A stretch of DNA of 64,000 nt from Lepidodermella squamata (taxonomy: Eukaryota; Animalia; Gastrotricha), in assembly GCA_047495785.1 (NCBI GenBank), contig JBLDXI010000017.1:930001-994000 (forward strand). Direction: 5' to 3'. Below are positions 1 to 13,548 of this stretch, one piece after another. Position numbers and translations under genes: made by a program. The notes under the pieces were generated by a model. The model saw only the letters and a program-made list of their open reading frames with translations. It did not search any database and was not told the origin of the DNA. Numbering within the stretch: position 1 is the stretch's first letter; every line of letters begins with the position of its first letter.

Positions 1-945
1 CATCACAGTTCTGAAAAATGGCACACAGAATTCTTTATATGCCCATGCTTTCAACAGGTTATGAAGCGCGAAAAATGCTCCGTCGAGAACGCCAGGAATA
101 AGAAAGTCTTCGGATATATCAATCGGAACTGCTTCGTTGAGGATTGAAAGGGCAAAATCTGGATCAACGATTGCGATATAGAGCCAATAGTCTGCAATCG
201 ATTTACAGTCCCAATGTGGATTATCTATCGGATCGTCTTCATACCAAACGTTGTAGATTTGCGGCGGCATGATGTAGTAGACTTGGTTTTTCGAAGCTTC
301 CAAGATTTTCTGCATCGTTTTGCGGCATTTAGCAATCTCTTCGCTATCGATACTTTCAAGGTCTCGAGACATGTCAAGAAGGTCTGAGAAATTAGCCGCG
401 GCTTTCACAGGCGGGACCCACTCGCCCTCGTAGATCAGTGGTACATCAGCTGATGCGCCATTTTCCAGCAGTAAATCGATAAAATCGTCGTTATTGATAG
501 TTATAGCAATTGTCAAAAGTGCTTGCTTGTAACAAATTGGCAATGCGCAGTATTTCATAGCCGCAGCAAAGTGATGTCGCAGGTTAGCATCCAAAAGAAG
601 ACTGATGTAGATCATATTCGCCGGTTTGACAGTTTTGTTAGACAGCAAATCACTGGCATTAGCGTGAATGTATGGGATGAAGTGTTTACAAACCATACCA
701 AAATTGACATTGCCATCGGCTGAAGCAACAAATACGCACGGGCCATCGCTTTCCATCGGCCATTGAATCAGTGACACACCTCCATAATCGGTTTCATCGG
801 TAGTAATGATGCAGGGTGAAGGAAAATCGGCAGCGGCTAAAATCGATTTAGCGACTTCAATCAGTGAAGTGGTGAACGCTTCGTCGAAAGGGCAATCTTT
901 CCCCTCGCAGACGTATTTCGAATCATGAAACATCTCTATAGCCAT
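1..945 (-). CDS. Partial (3' end runs off window) intronless ORF >=315 aa with one ankyrin-like repeat; unknown function
   Basis: Hand translation: ATG at 945 (in-frame stops just upstream), open to base 1: MAIEMFHDSKYVCEGKDCPF...LLTIAITINNDDFIDLLLENGASADV...; absent from ORF track because it has no stop within the window. Confidence 0.7.
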   Translation of the reverse strand, partial: MAIEMFHDSKYVCEGKDCPFDEAFTTSLIEVAKSILAAADFPSPCIITTDETDYGGVSLIQWPMESDGPCVFVASADGNVNFGMVCKHFIPYIHANASDLLSNKTVKPANMIYISLLLDANLRHHFAAAMKYCALPICYKQALLTIAITINNDDFIDLLLENGASADVPLIYEGEWVPPVKAAANFSDLLDMSRDLESIDSEEIAKCRKTMQKILEASKNQVYYIMPPQIYNVWYEDDPIDNPHWDCKSIADYWLYIAIVDPDFALSILNEAVPIDISEDFLIPGVLDGAFFALHNLLKAWAYKEFCVPFFRTVM

Positions 946-2271
946 AAGAACAGTCAAAATAAATCAAGTGGTGAACAATCAAAAATTAGAAATGAAGAAG
1001 TAAAAATAAAGTGACAGGAGAAATTAAGGAGGATGTTTCATTTGTACGATTTCGAATTTCGCTCTTTTTTGAAGATTACCTCGATCTGAAACTTCTACTA
1101 CAATAGAATTTTTAGGTCAGATCATTTGGCATTTCGGCCAAATTTCACGCTTCAATAGGACAATCTGGCTAAGCTGAAGAGACTGAAAAATGTCATGTTA
1201 AAAATTGAAAGTTTTGTCGTTTCGTCAATCATTACCGAATTTCCAAAGTCTAGCCGACAAATTCTCACATTGACTTTGACGAATTCCAGATGAATTTCTC
1301 AACTTCAAAATCATAAGAAACAATCAATCGCTTTTCCTCACTTCGACATAATTTATTTAGGTACATCGTTTTTATCAAATTTGGATCATAAATAATCAGC
1401 ATTTAGTCGCACACACGAGCATGACTTCACGGACTCATGATGAGGTATTGGTAGCGTTAATTGCAGTAGAATGAAAGAAAACCCTGCTTTCACGCTGACT
1501 ATTCGATTCCAGTTCAGCGGATTTTCCACGAATTTCCATGATTTCTCATCGCAGTGGATTTCATGAAACTTTTCGCTTCGATTTTGGTGAATTTGTTCTG
1601 AATTCCTGAACGAATACATCGGATTCGGTAGAATAATTCTTACTACAGCAGATAAATCCAAGATAGGTCCTGTGAGATTCGAGTCACAGTAACGCATCGA
1701 GTCCTCCTCTGATTTGATTCTATCTTCAGTGATCTGATCTATATATTGGAAATATATTGGAAAGGCATCAGCTGCGCTCTCTAAAAATCAACTGCTTAAA
1801 AATTGAGCTTAGATAATTCCCATCAGATTCCTTTTGGCAATTCTTTTTCGCCCTCAACTGGAAACACGCTAAATGAGGTCCGGTATCTGCGGCTCTCCGT
1901 CCTAAAATCAACAAGAAATGTCATAAAGAGAACCATTTTCGCGATGATTTTGCAACGGCGGGATCCGATTTACTTCATTTTCTTACCTATATCGGAAAAT
2001 TTCATCATGAAACGTAACCTATTAAAAATTTGCACAAAAAATCATTAATTTGTAAAATGTTTTATTTTAACGCAATGATTTACACAAAACATAACGATAA
2101 CAATTACAAATAAATATATTTTCACCAAGTATAGCGCTCAGGTGATAAAGCGAGATATACAGCTACAAAATCAAAAATTTTATTGCGTCAGAACGCGATG
2201 ATAAAAAATGATAATTCAGCGGTCAACAACGCAATAAAATTTCCTTGAAGATTGTTCAACACGGCATCTTT

Positions 2272-3859
2272 TTACAAATCCTCGGCTCGATCAGCCATCG
2301 ATCCAGGCTCGTACGTGAAAATGAACGATTGCGGAACTATTTGAACTTGATTATTCGCCGCTGTTGTTTGGACAGCATCAGCAGCCGCCGCAACGAGGGA
2401 CGACGAGAGCGACGCCGAATTGAACGAAGCTGAAATCGGGCTATTAACGAGGCCGTCTTGAAACGCGGCAGGCAGCGATAACAGGCCATTTTGCGGCGCA
2501 ACGACTAGACATAGCGCGAATAGCATGACGAAAACGCACGTCGATTTCTGCGTCGGCTGGTGGTCGCGATTCGACTTGCCCTTCATGCCACTGATCAACT
2601 TCTGCACGAAGCCTTGCATGTACTGAAGGCGAGCTGATAACGCTTCGTTTTCCTGCTCGAGCTCATGAACTCGCGATTTTAACTTCGAATTATGGCCTGA
2701 TTCAACTTTAACTCGCTTTTCCAACGTTTCGATGTAATTCGCCTTTCGCTTCCGGCTTTCTTTTGCTGATTCCTTGTTTCGCATTTTCCGACGGATGCTT
2801 TTCAGGACCCGCTCAGCATCAGCGGTTAACATTACTGGCTCGTCAGGGTTCTCAGGGACAGGTAAAATCACGCCTTCACGAGCCATTAAAGCCCGCTCTT
2901 CGTCAGTTACAACGTCAACCTCGTTTGAGGATAATGATTTCGACCCAGAATTGCGATGATTTCGCGACGAGCTGCCTTGAAATGACGATGAATCATCGCT
3001 CGATTCGTCATTGTAATGCATAGGCAGTATGTTCTTGCTTTCAGTCGACTTCGCGACCGGGAAATGGGCAGTTGTCGATGCGAAAAAATCGAACAGCGTC
3101 GATACGAGCGATGCTGCTTGCGGTTCTTCGTAAGACACGGCCATATTGTCAGCTTGAGATGACGAATTCAGCGGCATGTCAACGAGGCAGAGGGCTTCTT
3201 TCAACGTTTCAGCATCGACCAAGGCGAAAAGATCTGGCAATTCATTCATCGGGTTATTGTTGTTGCTTGCCACTGGGATTGAGACGGTGCTGTCCATTGA
3301 GGCGGATGAAACGCTGTTGCTGATTGAGGAATGTTGTGGGTAGGTAATCGGAATTAAATCGTCGACAAAGGCCAAATCGTCGGTCATCATAGGTTGAATA
3401 GCAACTGGTGTGGCCAGCAAATCGTGAGCGTTTTCAAAAAAGCAGTTAGCCCCGGCTGTTGATTCGAGCGATGCAGCAGAAGAGTTTGTGGCAGAACTGA
3501 ATCCTTCAGAAAAAAAAAGAAAAAATTAGTGCTCATATAAAAAAACCTCGAAAAAATTCTCAAAATCAAATTTTAAAGGAAATTTTAATTCATTTTTATT
3601 TAAAGAAAAAATCAAGAAAAAAATAAAATTTTAAGGAGGATTTTTTTATTTTTCATCCGAATTTATCATGATTCCAACGGAAACAAAATATTATAATATT
3701 ATAGATTGTTGTCAACTTACGATCTGCTGCAGCATAAGTATGGTCTGATCGATTAGTTTCGCCGATAAAAAAATCGTTATTAACGCCATAATCGTCATCA
3801 TTGCCAAACAATGAGTCGTTATCGCAGTTGTAGAAAGTCGCCATAGTTGCAGCCGCCAT
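2272..3859 (-). CDS. CREB3: CREB3/OASIS/Luman-family membrane-tethered bZIP transcription factor (2 exons: 3859-3721, 3503-2272)
   Basis: LTADAERVLKSIRRKMRNKESAKESRKRKANYIETLEKRV basic region and zipper typical of CREB3 family; downstream TM STCVFVMLFALCLVVAP; N-terminal SDHTY motif; phase-1 intron GAT C|gtaagt...gaag|GA restores frame. Family-level call only. Confidence 0.88.
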
Positions 3860-4171
3860 CACTTTATCTCTCAATAAGAGCTCTAAAATAAATAGGAAGC
3901 AATTAGAGAAATTGATCGATTGTCAAATAGCATTATTTCACGAATCAATCGCGTTATAAGATAACAAATTTGACAATAAAAAATGGTATACATTACTTAC
4001 TGCGAAAGAATAGATGACATGTGATTATTTTAATAGCTTCTCAAAGTTCTAGATCATCTCACTTCTTCATCACAAAAAAAACAATAAACAAAGGCAAAAT
4101 GATATCATAGCATCCATCGATTTTTTTTCACCAGGTGTGATGAGGAGAAGATGAAGTGTTTGAATATCAAA

Positions 4172-7044
4172 CTATTGGCCGAGGTGTGCATCAGGTGTTG
4201 GCAGTTTAGGAGGGTAAAGATTAATAGCGGCTGGGTACCGAGTTCCAGCCACCTCAACTTCATATTGGCCACTCGTCAAATAATCGACACTGACTGGCTC
4301 GCTGCGATTTGCATTACTGACTAAAGCTAGGCAAATCATTCGCTCGAGCGAATAACCCCAGCCGCATGAAGTCGTATAGCCGACGTGTTCGCCATTTCGG
4401 AAAACTGGTTCGTTAGACCAGGGCCACGCGTCGACCCAATGCGGGTTGAATCGATCAGGGTGCAGCAGTAATTGCACAACACGGCGATAAACGCCCCGCT
4501 GCTTTTCTTCCAACAACGCGCGTTTGCCTAAGAAATAAGGCTTCGAGAAATCAATTCGAGCCTCTCGATCGCATTGAAGTGGCGTCACATTTGCATTCAA
4601 ATCAGATCCCTTTAAATTCGAAATAATTTAATCAATAAAAATCCATGGTTCTAAATATAGGACTTACCCAATATAGGAAAAAACGCTCGATCCGCAGTGA
4701 TCTCAAGGCATGGTAACCAGCTAATTGTACGCCGAAATCGCGTTCGTTGCAAAGCTGTGAATAGACATGGAGTGCGTACTCTGAAATAATGGAAAATTCA
4801 TGTATAAATTGATTGACACAACGTCGATCGATCACATTCATAATTATTTTATCGATTTTTTTAGCACTAAAAGGGCAGTCAGTCTCACCTGATGGTACGT
4901 AAAGCATGAAGCCGTCTTCGCCTGCATGCGTGAGCCGCATGACTAGGACGTCAACAGCTTGGCCGATGTTGAGAATTTTGCATGTCATAGCCGGAAAATC
5001 GGCTTTACTGACACGGGTTGACGATAACTTGTAAAGCAACTCCTCCGCATCTGGGCCAATCACATTCAGCGCAGTATACATCGAAGTTACATCGCGAAGT
5101 TGGACAGAGTTATTTGACGGTAGAAATTTGCTCAAGTAATGATAAACTTTGACGTGTTGAGACGGTACGCAAATAATGAAGTACCAATTTTCGTCCAATC
5201 TCAAAACGGTGCAGTCGTTTTCAAACCCGCCTCGTTCGTTCAACATTCCAGTATGAATAACGGTGCCTGGCGGGCGGTCCATGTTGTTAGCACACAGTTT
5301 CTGAAGCATGTCGACAACTTCGCGACCTGATGATCTCAGTTCAACCTTTGTAAAGGCACTCATGTCGATAATAGCGACATCTCGCCTACACGCCCAGTAT
5401 TCACGTTCGACGATTTCAAACCACGCCGGGCGGCGGTAAGACGGCTTATTATGCTCGTGAACAGTTATAGTCGGGTCGAAAAACTGAGGCCTTTCAAATG
5501 AATTTTGAGCAAAGAAGAAAGCGCCTTGTTGCAGCTGATAAGCGTATAAAGGCGTTGTTCGCATTGGCCGGAGTTTCGAAGGGGCATCTGAGTATATGTA
5601 AGGCCAACTCTGCAATGACACCGCCTCCTTCATTCTTTCACGCAAATAATGCGAGTTTGAATGGAAAGGCAAAAATCTTTGCAGATCGATCGACCAAACG
5701 TCGTAATCAACCGGTGGAAAATCGTCAACAATCCAGGAGGCGAGAGCGAATCCCATGCCGAAAGATGCTGAAAAACCCGACGAGTTACCGGCATTGCATA
5801 CCCAATAGTTGTCCAATTTAGGAGATTTGCCAAGAATCCAAGCACCGTCTGGCGTGTATGATTCACCAACAGTGGATAATTGACCGACAGAAGACTGCGA
5901 GATGATGGGAAGACGCTTCAAGATTGATCCAAGGAAAGGCGTTAATCTATCCCATGAAGATGCACTTTGAGATTGAGGAACTATCATTCCTCGATTAAGC
6001 GCTTGTGTCTTCAAAACTTTCTTTGCATCTGGGACAAATTTTGTTCGGCAAATAGGATTACCCTCGGCTTCAAATCCAGTTAATACTACTGCTGAGTCGC
6101 CAGGTCGAATATAGAAGTACATTGAACTGTCGTAATCGCGAACAACCGGCAACAAGTTAGGAGTTTGCTTCACTTCCTTCAGAGGCTGTGATGTGTAAAT
6201 CAATTGCGTACACGATTGCTGGGCCACTCGAACTAGCGGAATAGACATTGAACCAACCTAACTCGATATAAATAGATATCACGTTAAGTGTTATAAATCA
6301 GGTTCATACCTCTGATCCCCAAGAACCAGCAGCATTGACAAAATTGTTACATTGAACGCGGCCCATAGTTGTCTGAACTCCAATGACTCGCCTGTCCTTT
6401 GTTTCAATTTTGCTAACGGTGCAATTTTCAATCATTGTAACACCTTGCTTTCGTAGTTCAGTAACCAAAGCGTCAACAAGTAGAGCCGGATTGACCACGG
6501 CGTCACCAGGAGCATGTAACGCGCCGGAAAGATCAGATCTTTCAATATACGGATGGATGCGCTCAAGATCAGATCTACTGATAATATCAGTTTGAAAAAG
6601 CCGACCATACAGCGAGTTGAAGCGTTTTAGCTGAAGAAGACGATTAGGCGTCTGAGCCAGATACAATGACCCGGTTATATTATATCCAATGTCATATTGC
6701 TGCGCTAAATCATTAAGCGTTTTCAAAGTGATAGCAGCCAATCTTCCTTCAACGGGAATAGTACGAATACCGGAAATGAAACCGAGACCACGATTGGTCG
6801 CCCCTGAACCAAATGTTTTCTGGTCAACCACAACAATGTCGGAGAGCCGGCCCAGCTGAACTAACTGGTAAGCAACCGACAACCCAGCAATGCCACCACC
6901 ACAGACAAGAACGTTGCATGATGGTGGTAAATTAACTTGCTCCGATGAAGGTCGAGAAATAGTCGGTAAAGTTTCAGTGGCGAATGCTGACCACAACTTC
7001 GAGGTACACAATGAGCGCTTGAAAACACAGTTAACAAGCGCCAT
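4172..7044 (-). CDS. PDPR: Pyruvate dehydrogenase phosphatase regulatory subunit (FAD-dependent DAO + GcvT domains), 4 exons
   Basis: N-terminal mitochondrial-presequence-like segment, VLVCGGGIAG FAD motif, ESYTPDG, IIDMSAFTK, GMLNERGGFENDC; C-terminal WPWSNEPVFRNG...YSLERMICL...GQYEVEVAG resembles PDPR rather than DMGDH/SARDH; introns ~6308-6258, 4888-4781, ~4666-4610. Confidence 0.88.
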
Positions 7045-7783
7045 TGGACATCAAGACATTTGCTTCGGCAACAACAGTTAGGATGAAGCCGGCAAATTCC
7101 CACGATATGCTTCGATGTGTGATGTGAGAATAAAGCAGAATGCTGAGTCCTTTTTGACGTGGCGGCGATTCACCTTTGTGACTTGGCGATGAGTCATCGC
7201 ATCTCAGCTGATCGAAAACCAAGGACGCTAATTTAAAAAACTTGCATTCGAAACTGTTGTAATTTTTGAAGGGCAATAACAGAATTTTATATTATCGACC
7301 GTCATACTTTGACGCTCTCAGCTGTTCTTGCCGGTTTTTTCAAAAAATCGTATGTAAAACCCCCCACGTGCCCTTCTTCGTCCGATACTTTCCTGGGCCA
7401 AAACTGGATGTTGTATCTGGCGAAATTCAATTTCCTATCATCATTGCATTTATGGGTTTGATAAAAACTTGATATGCAAGTTAGCTTCTACACTGAAAGT
7501 CATAGGTCACCGCGCTGAATGCCAGCAGTCAAGTTACCATCACATCCACTATTGGCTTGAGTTTCCTCTTTCCTCTCTTACCTCTCACCTACACAATCAT
7601 AACCACTAGGTGAAAGAGCTTGTAAGTACTATAAAATTCGAATTAGGCAGCACCGTCCTAAGTATAAACGAGAATTTCAGCTTTACTCTCTATTGTTTGA
7701 ATTGAACCTTTCGCTGATGAACCTTTCGTTTGAGTTTTGATTATGCAATGGTTGAATTGAGAAATTCATGTCATAGGATTTAA

Positions 7784-8950
7784 ATGGCGTTCATCTTGCG
7801 AAGTCTACGCAAAAATCCTGGATTTTATGTCTCTGTTTCGCTTGGCAGTGCTGTTGGATACTCAGCGGCTTCTAAAAACTTGAGTGATGTCCGTCAAGTT
7901 GTCTCTAAAGATATGCTCGAAGTCTCCGACATTGATGGGACGCCTTACGTTCATGTCGAACGTAAACTCCAGTTTTTGTCTTTACTACCTTTGAGAACGA
8001 TTAGCAGAGCTTTTGGTTTCATTGCGGATACTGAATTTCCGAGTTTCATTTTGAAGCCATTGATCAGTGCGTTTGCTCGAAATTATGGAGTAATTCTCGA
8101 CGAAGCAGTTGACCCGGATCTGTCTCACTACAAAACTCTTGGTGCTTTCTTCAATCGAGAAATCAAGCTTGAGGAATGTCGAAAAATTGATAAAACAGCT
8201 GAGTTGGTTTCGCCGTGTGACGGCCGGATTCTTGCCCTTGGCCGAATTTCAGAAAACGAGGCTCGCCAAGGCCATTTTCGTGTTGAGCAAGTCAAAGGCG
8301 TCACATTCAGTCTCACCAGTTTTCTCGGCGGGCCGTTTAGCTATTTTCCGTCTTCAAACCTCTCGAAGAAAGCTGATAAACGTGATAAAGACTTATTTTT
8401 CTGCACGATTTACTTGGCACCCGGCGACTTCCACGGATTTGTTTCACCTACTGAGTGGCAGGTTTTGGAGAGAAGGCATTTCAGTGGCCGTTTATTTTCA
8501 GTCAAACCGACGTTAGCCGAGGTTGTGAAGCCACTATTCACCTTGAATGAACGTGTTCTTTACACTGGATTATGGCAACACGGATTTTTCAGGTAATATT
8601 GTGTATTCTTAGCTGGATTGACATAACTCTCTTTGAACAGTTTTACAGCGGTTGGTGCTACTAACGTCGGCAACATCGTCATTGATTTCGACGGTGATTT
8701 GAAGACAAATCAGCTCAAATACCAACGGCCTTACCTTGCTAAATTGTTTGATTCTGAAAGCGCGAAGAATGCGCTGACGTCTTTCAAACGTGGCGACATG
8801 TTCGGCCGCTTCAAACTCGGCTCAACTATTGTTTTGATTTTCGAAGCACCCACGTCAACTAATTTCACCGTCGAACCCGGTCAGCGAGTTATTATTGGCC
8901 AATCGCTGACACATTTGGCCCATAAAGACAGTTCAAACACGAAAAAATAA
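7784..8950 (+). CDS. PISD: Mitochondrial-type phosphatidylserine decarboxylase proenzyme, 2 exons (intron ~8593-8640)
   Basis: LVSPCDG, EQVKG, IYLAPGDFHGF, LNERV, VGATNVG and the autocleavage motif FKLGSTIVLIFEAP. Confidence 0.95.
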
Positions 8951-9173
8951 CTTAATCTAGCAATTAGTCGTTGGTGATTATTTTTTGTTAGTTTTAATGT
9001 TGAATGAACATTTCTGTGAATCGATAAAATTTAATTGAATAAAAGAATGATACATTTGCGTATGAGACTAATTATTCACGAGTTGTATGATGATAATTTA
9101 TTTTGACAAGACGTGCGCGTTGTGAACTTACATCGTCGTTTCATTTCATTCGTTTCAAATATAAATTTACGCG

Positions 9174-12100
9174 ATGGCGGATAAAATTTCTCTTCAGCTC
9201 AAGGTGATGCGGAAAATTCGGCAGTTCGATTCGATGATCAACGAAGAGCACAAAGCCATGTTAGTTTATGATTTCTTAAAACTTGGTACCTATTACATTG
9301 GGAGGAGCACTACTTCATCCAACGAAATCCCCAAAATTAATTGATGTGGGAAGGAAGAATAGCTCATTTTTTCATGGTGGAAATCTTAGTAGACTAGAAA
9401 ATCAATGGAAATCAAAATCGGGTTTAAATTGCAGATAATAATGATTTTATTTTTATTTTTGGATAATCAGGCGAAGAACTGCCGAGCTGCTTTCTGCAAT
9501 AGGAACAGCTGCCAGCACTCTCGTTAGCCGTCGATCCGATTTGGACTTCCACCCTGAGTGCCAATTCCTCGGCGCCGTCAATTCAGGCGACAGTGCTATC
9601 ATTTCATCCTACTTGATTGACCCACATTTCAACGTGAATATCGCTGATTCTAACGGCCGATGTCCTCTTCAAGCCGCCGTTGAAGACCACCCTGAACTTG
9701 TCCCGCTTCTTTTACCCCGAGCTAACCTAGCTCAGGTACGGCAAGCGTTATTCAGTGCGATCGGGAAAGACTCGATCCCTTTGACTAATGAACTGCTGCG
9801 ATCGCCGGTTTTCAACAACCAAAACAGCGTTCGAACCATGTCGCACGTTTCAATGTTTGCAGCGCGGCAACTCGAGGCTTTTAAGCTGAATTGCCATTAC
9901 TGCGAGACCCATACTACGAGTAGCTCCTCGAAAAAGCCGCATTTCTACGAACGTTTCGATAGCCCAATGGTGTTGGCTGCAATCAGAGGCAATTTGGACA
10001 TTGTTCGAGCTATGGTCCTCAAAGGCTTCACTATCGCTCGGCCTCATCATTATAACTGCACTTGTGTTGATTGCGTCACGGCGAAATTGGAGGATTTTAT
10101 CCATTTTTCGCGAATGAGGTGAAATATTTCGAAAATTTAATCAAATTGTATTTCAGTTAGATTTTTTTTCAGAAAATTGGTTTATACGGCATTTTGTAGT
10201 GATGTTTTCCTCCTGTTGACAACTAACGATCCAATCGTTGCGAGTTTTGAACTGTCGAAGGAAATGCGATCACTGGCTGAGGATGAGCAAGAACGTTCGG
10301 TTTGTCCAAACGTTTTTAAAATAAATTAATAATTGATAATATATATATTTTCTCCAATATTTCGGCTTTTATTTTTCGAATTATTTTCTCGTTTCCAGGC
10401 TGAATTTAACGATCTGGCTGAGAATGCGGGAAAGCTAGCGGTTAATTTGCTAGAGCAATGCCGAGATAGCAATGAAACGATTACGATTTTATCACGTGGA
10501 ACCGGAACTGCTCGAAATGATACCCTATCACTCGAGGCTTTTGAAGTAATCCGGTTGGCCTTAAAATACCGCCAAAAACAAGTAAAAATTGTAGAAAAAT
10601 TGACCAATATTTTCATTATTTTTTTCAAGTTTATTGCCCATCACTTGTCTCAATATTTTCTGGAGCTGAAATGGAACTACGGCTTGCCTCATATTCGTAT
10701 AAATGGCGATATTTTGAAATGTCTCGGATTACTAGCGATTTTCGTGCTGAGCCCAGTTCGAGCTTTACTCTACATTCTAACCCCTTATTGGCCGTTTTCC
10801 TTGTGGTTTAAATCGGTATGTTATTTTTAAAATCTTTCGAGGTTTTTGTTATGGTCTATAACTTTAGGTAAAATTCGTATTTCGATCGCCTTGCTTAAAA
10901 TTTATCGACCACATCGGATCTCACATGGCCTTTCTGCTGGCTGTATCAGTTCGATCATTCGTCGCGCTACCCGGTGTTTTAGGCTGGGTCTCATTGGTCT
11001 GCCGATCTTTCTCAACAACACCTACTGAAGACCTCCTGCCATTCATTTACGACGTGCTGATCGCGCTTTGGATTTTCGGCTTCATCGCCATGCAAATTCG
11101 CGAAACTGCGGCTATGTCGTGTCGGTATAACCCTACTGGTTCAAAGTGGAACATGATCTACGCTAATCGAAGCACGTGGTCCGTAGTCAGCCTATTGACT
11201 ATGGCTTTTTACATTTTGGCTGGACTGAGCTATCTCAGCCTTGCTATTATCATCGCTTATGATACTGATTATCAGGTCAGTTCCCAGAATTAATTTCAAT
11301 TTTGTTACACAATTTTTCGTTTTTCTAGCGCGTTTATTGCAGTTATTACGATGATGGTAACAATACAGCTAATATCTTAGGAAATTCCACAAATTATTTC
11401 ATCTTAAAACCCGAGTACTCGTTGGCTTGTGGCTTGATGGAAGAAATTACCAACAGTAAAAAATAGCTTTCTTATATGACATGCAATTTTAATTTAATTT
11501 TTACAGAATCAGAGCCCGACATGACGTGGTTAAGCCTCATTAAATGGGACCCGAGTCAAATGGCGAACGCGTTGTTAGGAATTGCGAATTTGCTGTCATT
11601 CGCTTTGCTGATTTCCTACCTACCGATTCTACGCCATATCGGCCCGATTGTTGTCACTTTTCAGCATATGACAGCCGATTTGCTCGCGACTTTCATCGCC
11701 TGTGCTGTTTTGACACTCGCTTTCACCTGTGCTATTACAACGATCTACCGAAATTTCACGTGTTTAGATTCGGATTTTAGCACGTGAGGATTGAAAAATC
11801 TGGATTAATGAATTATAAATTCCCAATTTTCAGGCCATTATTGGTGGTCAAGACGCTTTTCGCCACCCTCTTCGGCATTGATAGCGATGGGAACGCTGAA
11901 ATAAATCACCCGATCGGCGATAAATCTCGATTGGACAATGAAACAATCGCGCTGATAAAATCGTAATTTTTCAATTTTTTCCGGGATTTTTCTTTATTTT
12001 CTCCCTCGAAAGATATGCTGTACCTACCGAATCGATAGGCCATATTTTATTCGCTACTTATATGGTCAGTGTGGTCTTGGTTCTGGTCAATCTACTGAAA

Positions 12101-12925
12101 TTACTCACGCTTCAAACTTTCAAAAGAACATTTGTAAGTCACATTTTTGGATTATTTTCGGCAAAAAAACGCAGAATTTTCGCAGCTTTTTCAACGAGAT
12201 ATCGAGTGGAAATTCGTGCGAACTGAATTGCGGCTGAAATACTACGGCGATTTCAACGCGCTAGCCTCGCCTTTCAATGTACTGGAATACACTCACGATG
12301 GCATTCGGTGGCTATATGAAAGACGGTGGAAGCAGGCTGAAATCCGTCCAATTCGCGTGGTTAGCCTACAAAATCATTTTTTATCTTAGCTATCCTTATT
12401 GTTTCAGGCAACGGTCACCTCGATTGATGTGCCAAACGTTTGGTGGTCATCTGAACTCGGGAAATGGCAGCATTGGCAGTCTTGGATTCCGAAAGGAGCG
12501 GCTGGGAAAGAATATTACGTGAGTTTCATGCTCCAGATTTCAAAATTAATCTTGAAATTATCTGATTTCAGCAAACCTGTCAGCTTTTAGTCGAGCGGTA
12601 TTTGCATCGCAATGAGAAAATAGCTGCAACTACTGGCGAGAGGACAACAGAAATGTTGGAGAAGATTGAGCGAAAGCTGTTTGTCTACCGACGTGAATTA
12701 CGCCGCATCACTACTGTTCTCGCGACTGAATTGGCGAAAAATACGGCGAAAATCAATGCCGAGTGCGATCGCATTGAGCAGAAGGACGAGGAGAAAACCA
12801 GCAATTCGTCGCCGGGTTTGCTCGCCCCGGAATACAACGCTCAGCCGTCAACTAGCCAGGCTACGTCGAACAGCAATGATGATAAAAAGGTTTACACTCT
12901 GCAACTGGAAAATTCTGAGAATTGA
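9174..12925 (+). CDS. Divergent TRPC-family cation channel (ankyrin repeats, TRP_2 Zn-binding segment, 6 TM, TRP box, C-terminal coiled coil), multi-exon
   Basis: SPMVLAAIRGNLDIVRAMVLKGFTIARPHHYNCTCVDC, DPIVASFELSKEM, IRLALKYRQKQFIAH, HIGPI, DIEWKFVRTEL; putative exon 1 9174-9259 (AT|gttagt) joins acceptor at 9470 in frame. Confidence 0.88.
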
Positions 12926-13548
12926 CCGAATTTCATAATTTCTAATAGAAAAACAGTATTGACTAAAATTCCACCGATACCTAATGAAGAAATGTCTGTA
13001 ATATAACATACTGCAATGTGTCTCATAAGTAACGCAACCGATAAGAAATTACCAGCAAAAACTGATCAGAAAGTCTTAAATAAGAGGCGGTCAGTTATTC
13101 TTGAAACCCTAAATTACCATGAATATTGAAAAAAATCGGAAAATGTGGTATCACCAAAAAATACCGAAAATTACCAAACCATTTACCATCGGGTATTTCC
13201 GTTAATTCCATAATTTGGTGGCTCCAAATCGGAGAATTGTCAGTAAAAATTCAAAGAATATAAAAAATAGTTGCGGAACTTGGGTGACACATTGTAACTT
13301 CATATCGTCACCCTTTTGTATTTTTTAATTTTACACCGTATTTTCTTCTGACACAAAGGCCAACAAAATTGTTCAAAAACAACAAGTTTATATAAATAAA
13401 TGATTTTATTCGAAATAAACGTTATTTGGAATTAAATTAAGGGTTTTTTGGTGATTTGGGAAAAATTATTTAGGGGGATTTTTAAATTCAATCATTTAGT
13501 TATTGAAATTAAGCAGGAAACATTGTTATCTTTTATCTTTTTATCTTG

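Noticed and set aside
1386-1760. 103-aa minus-strand ORF between the orphan gene and CREB3
   Set aside because: No recognisable motif or convincing splice structure; may be a decayed fragment
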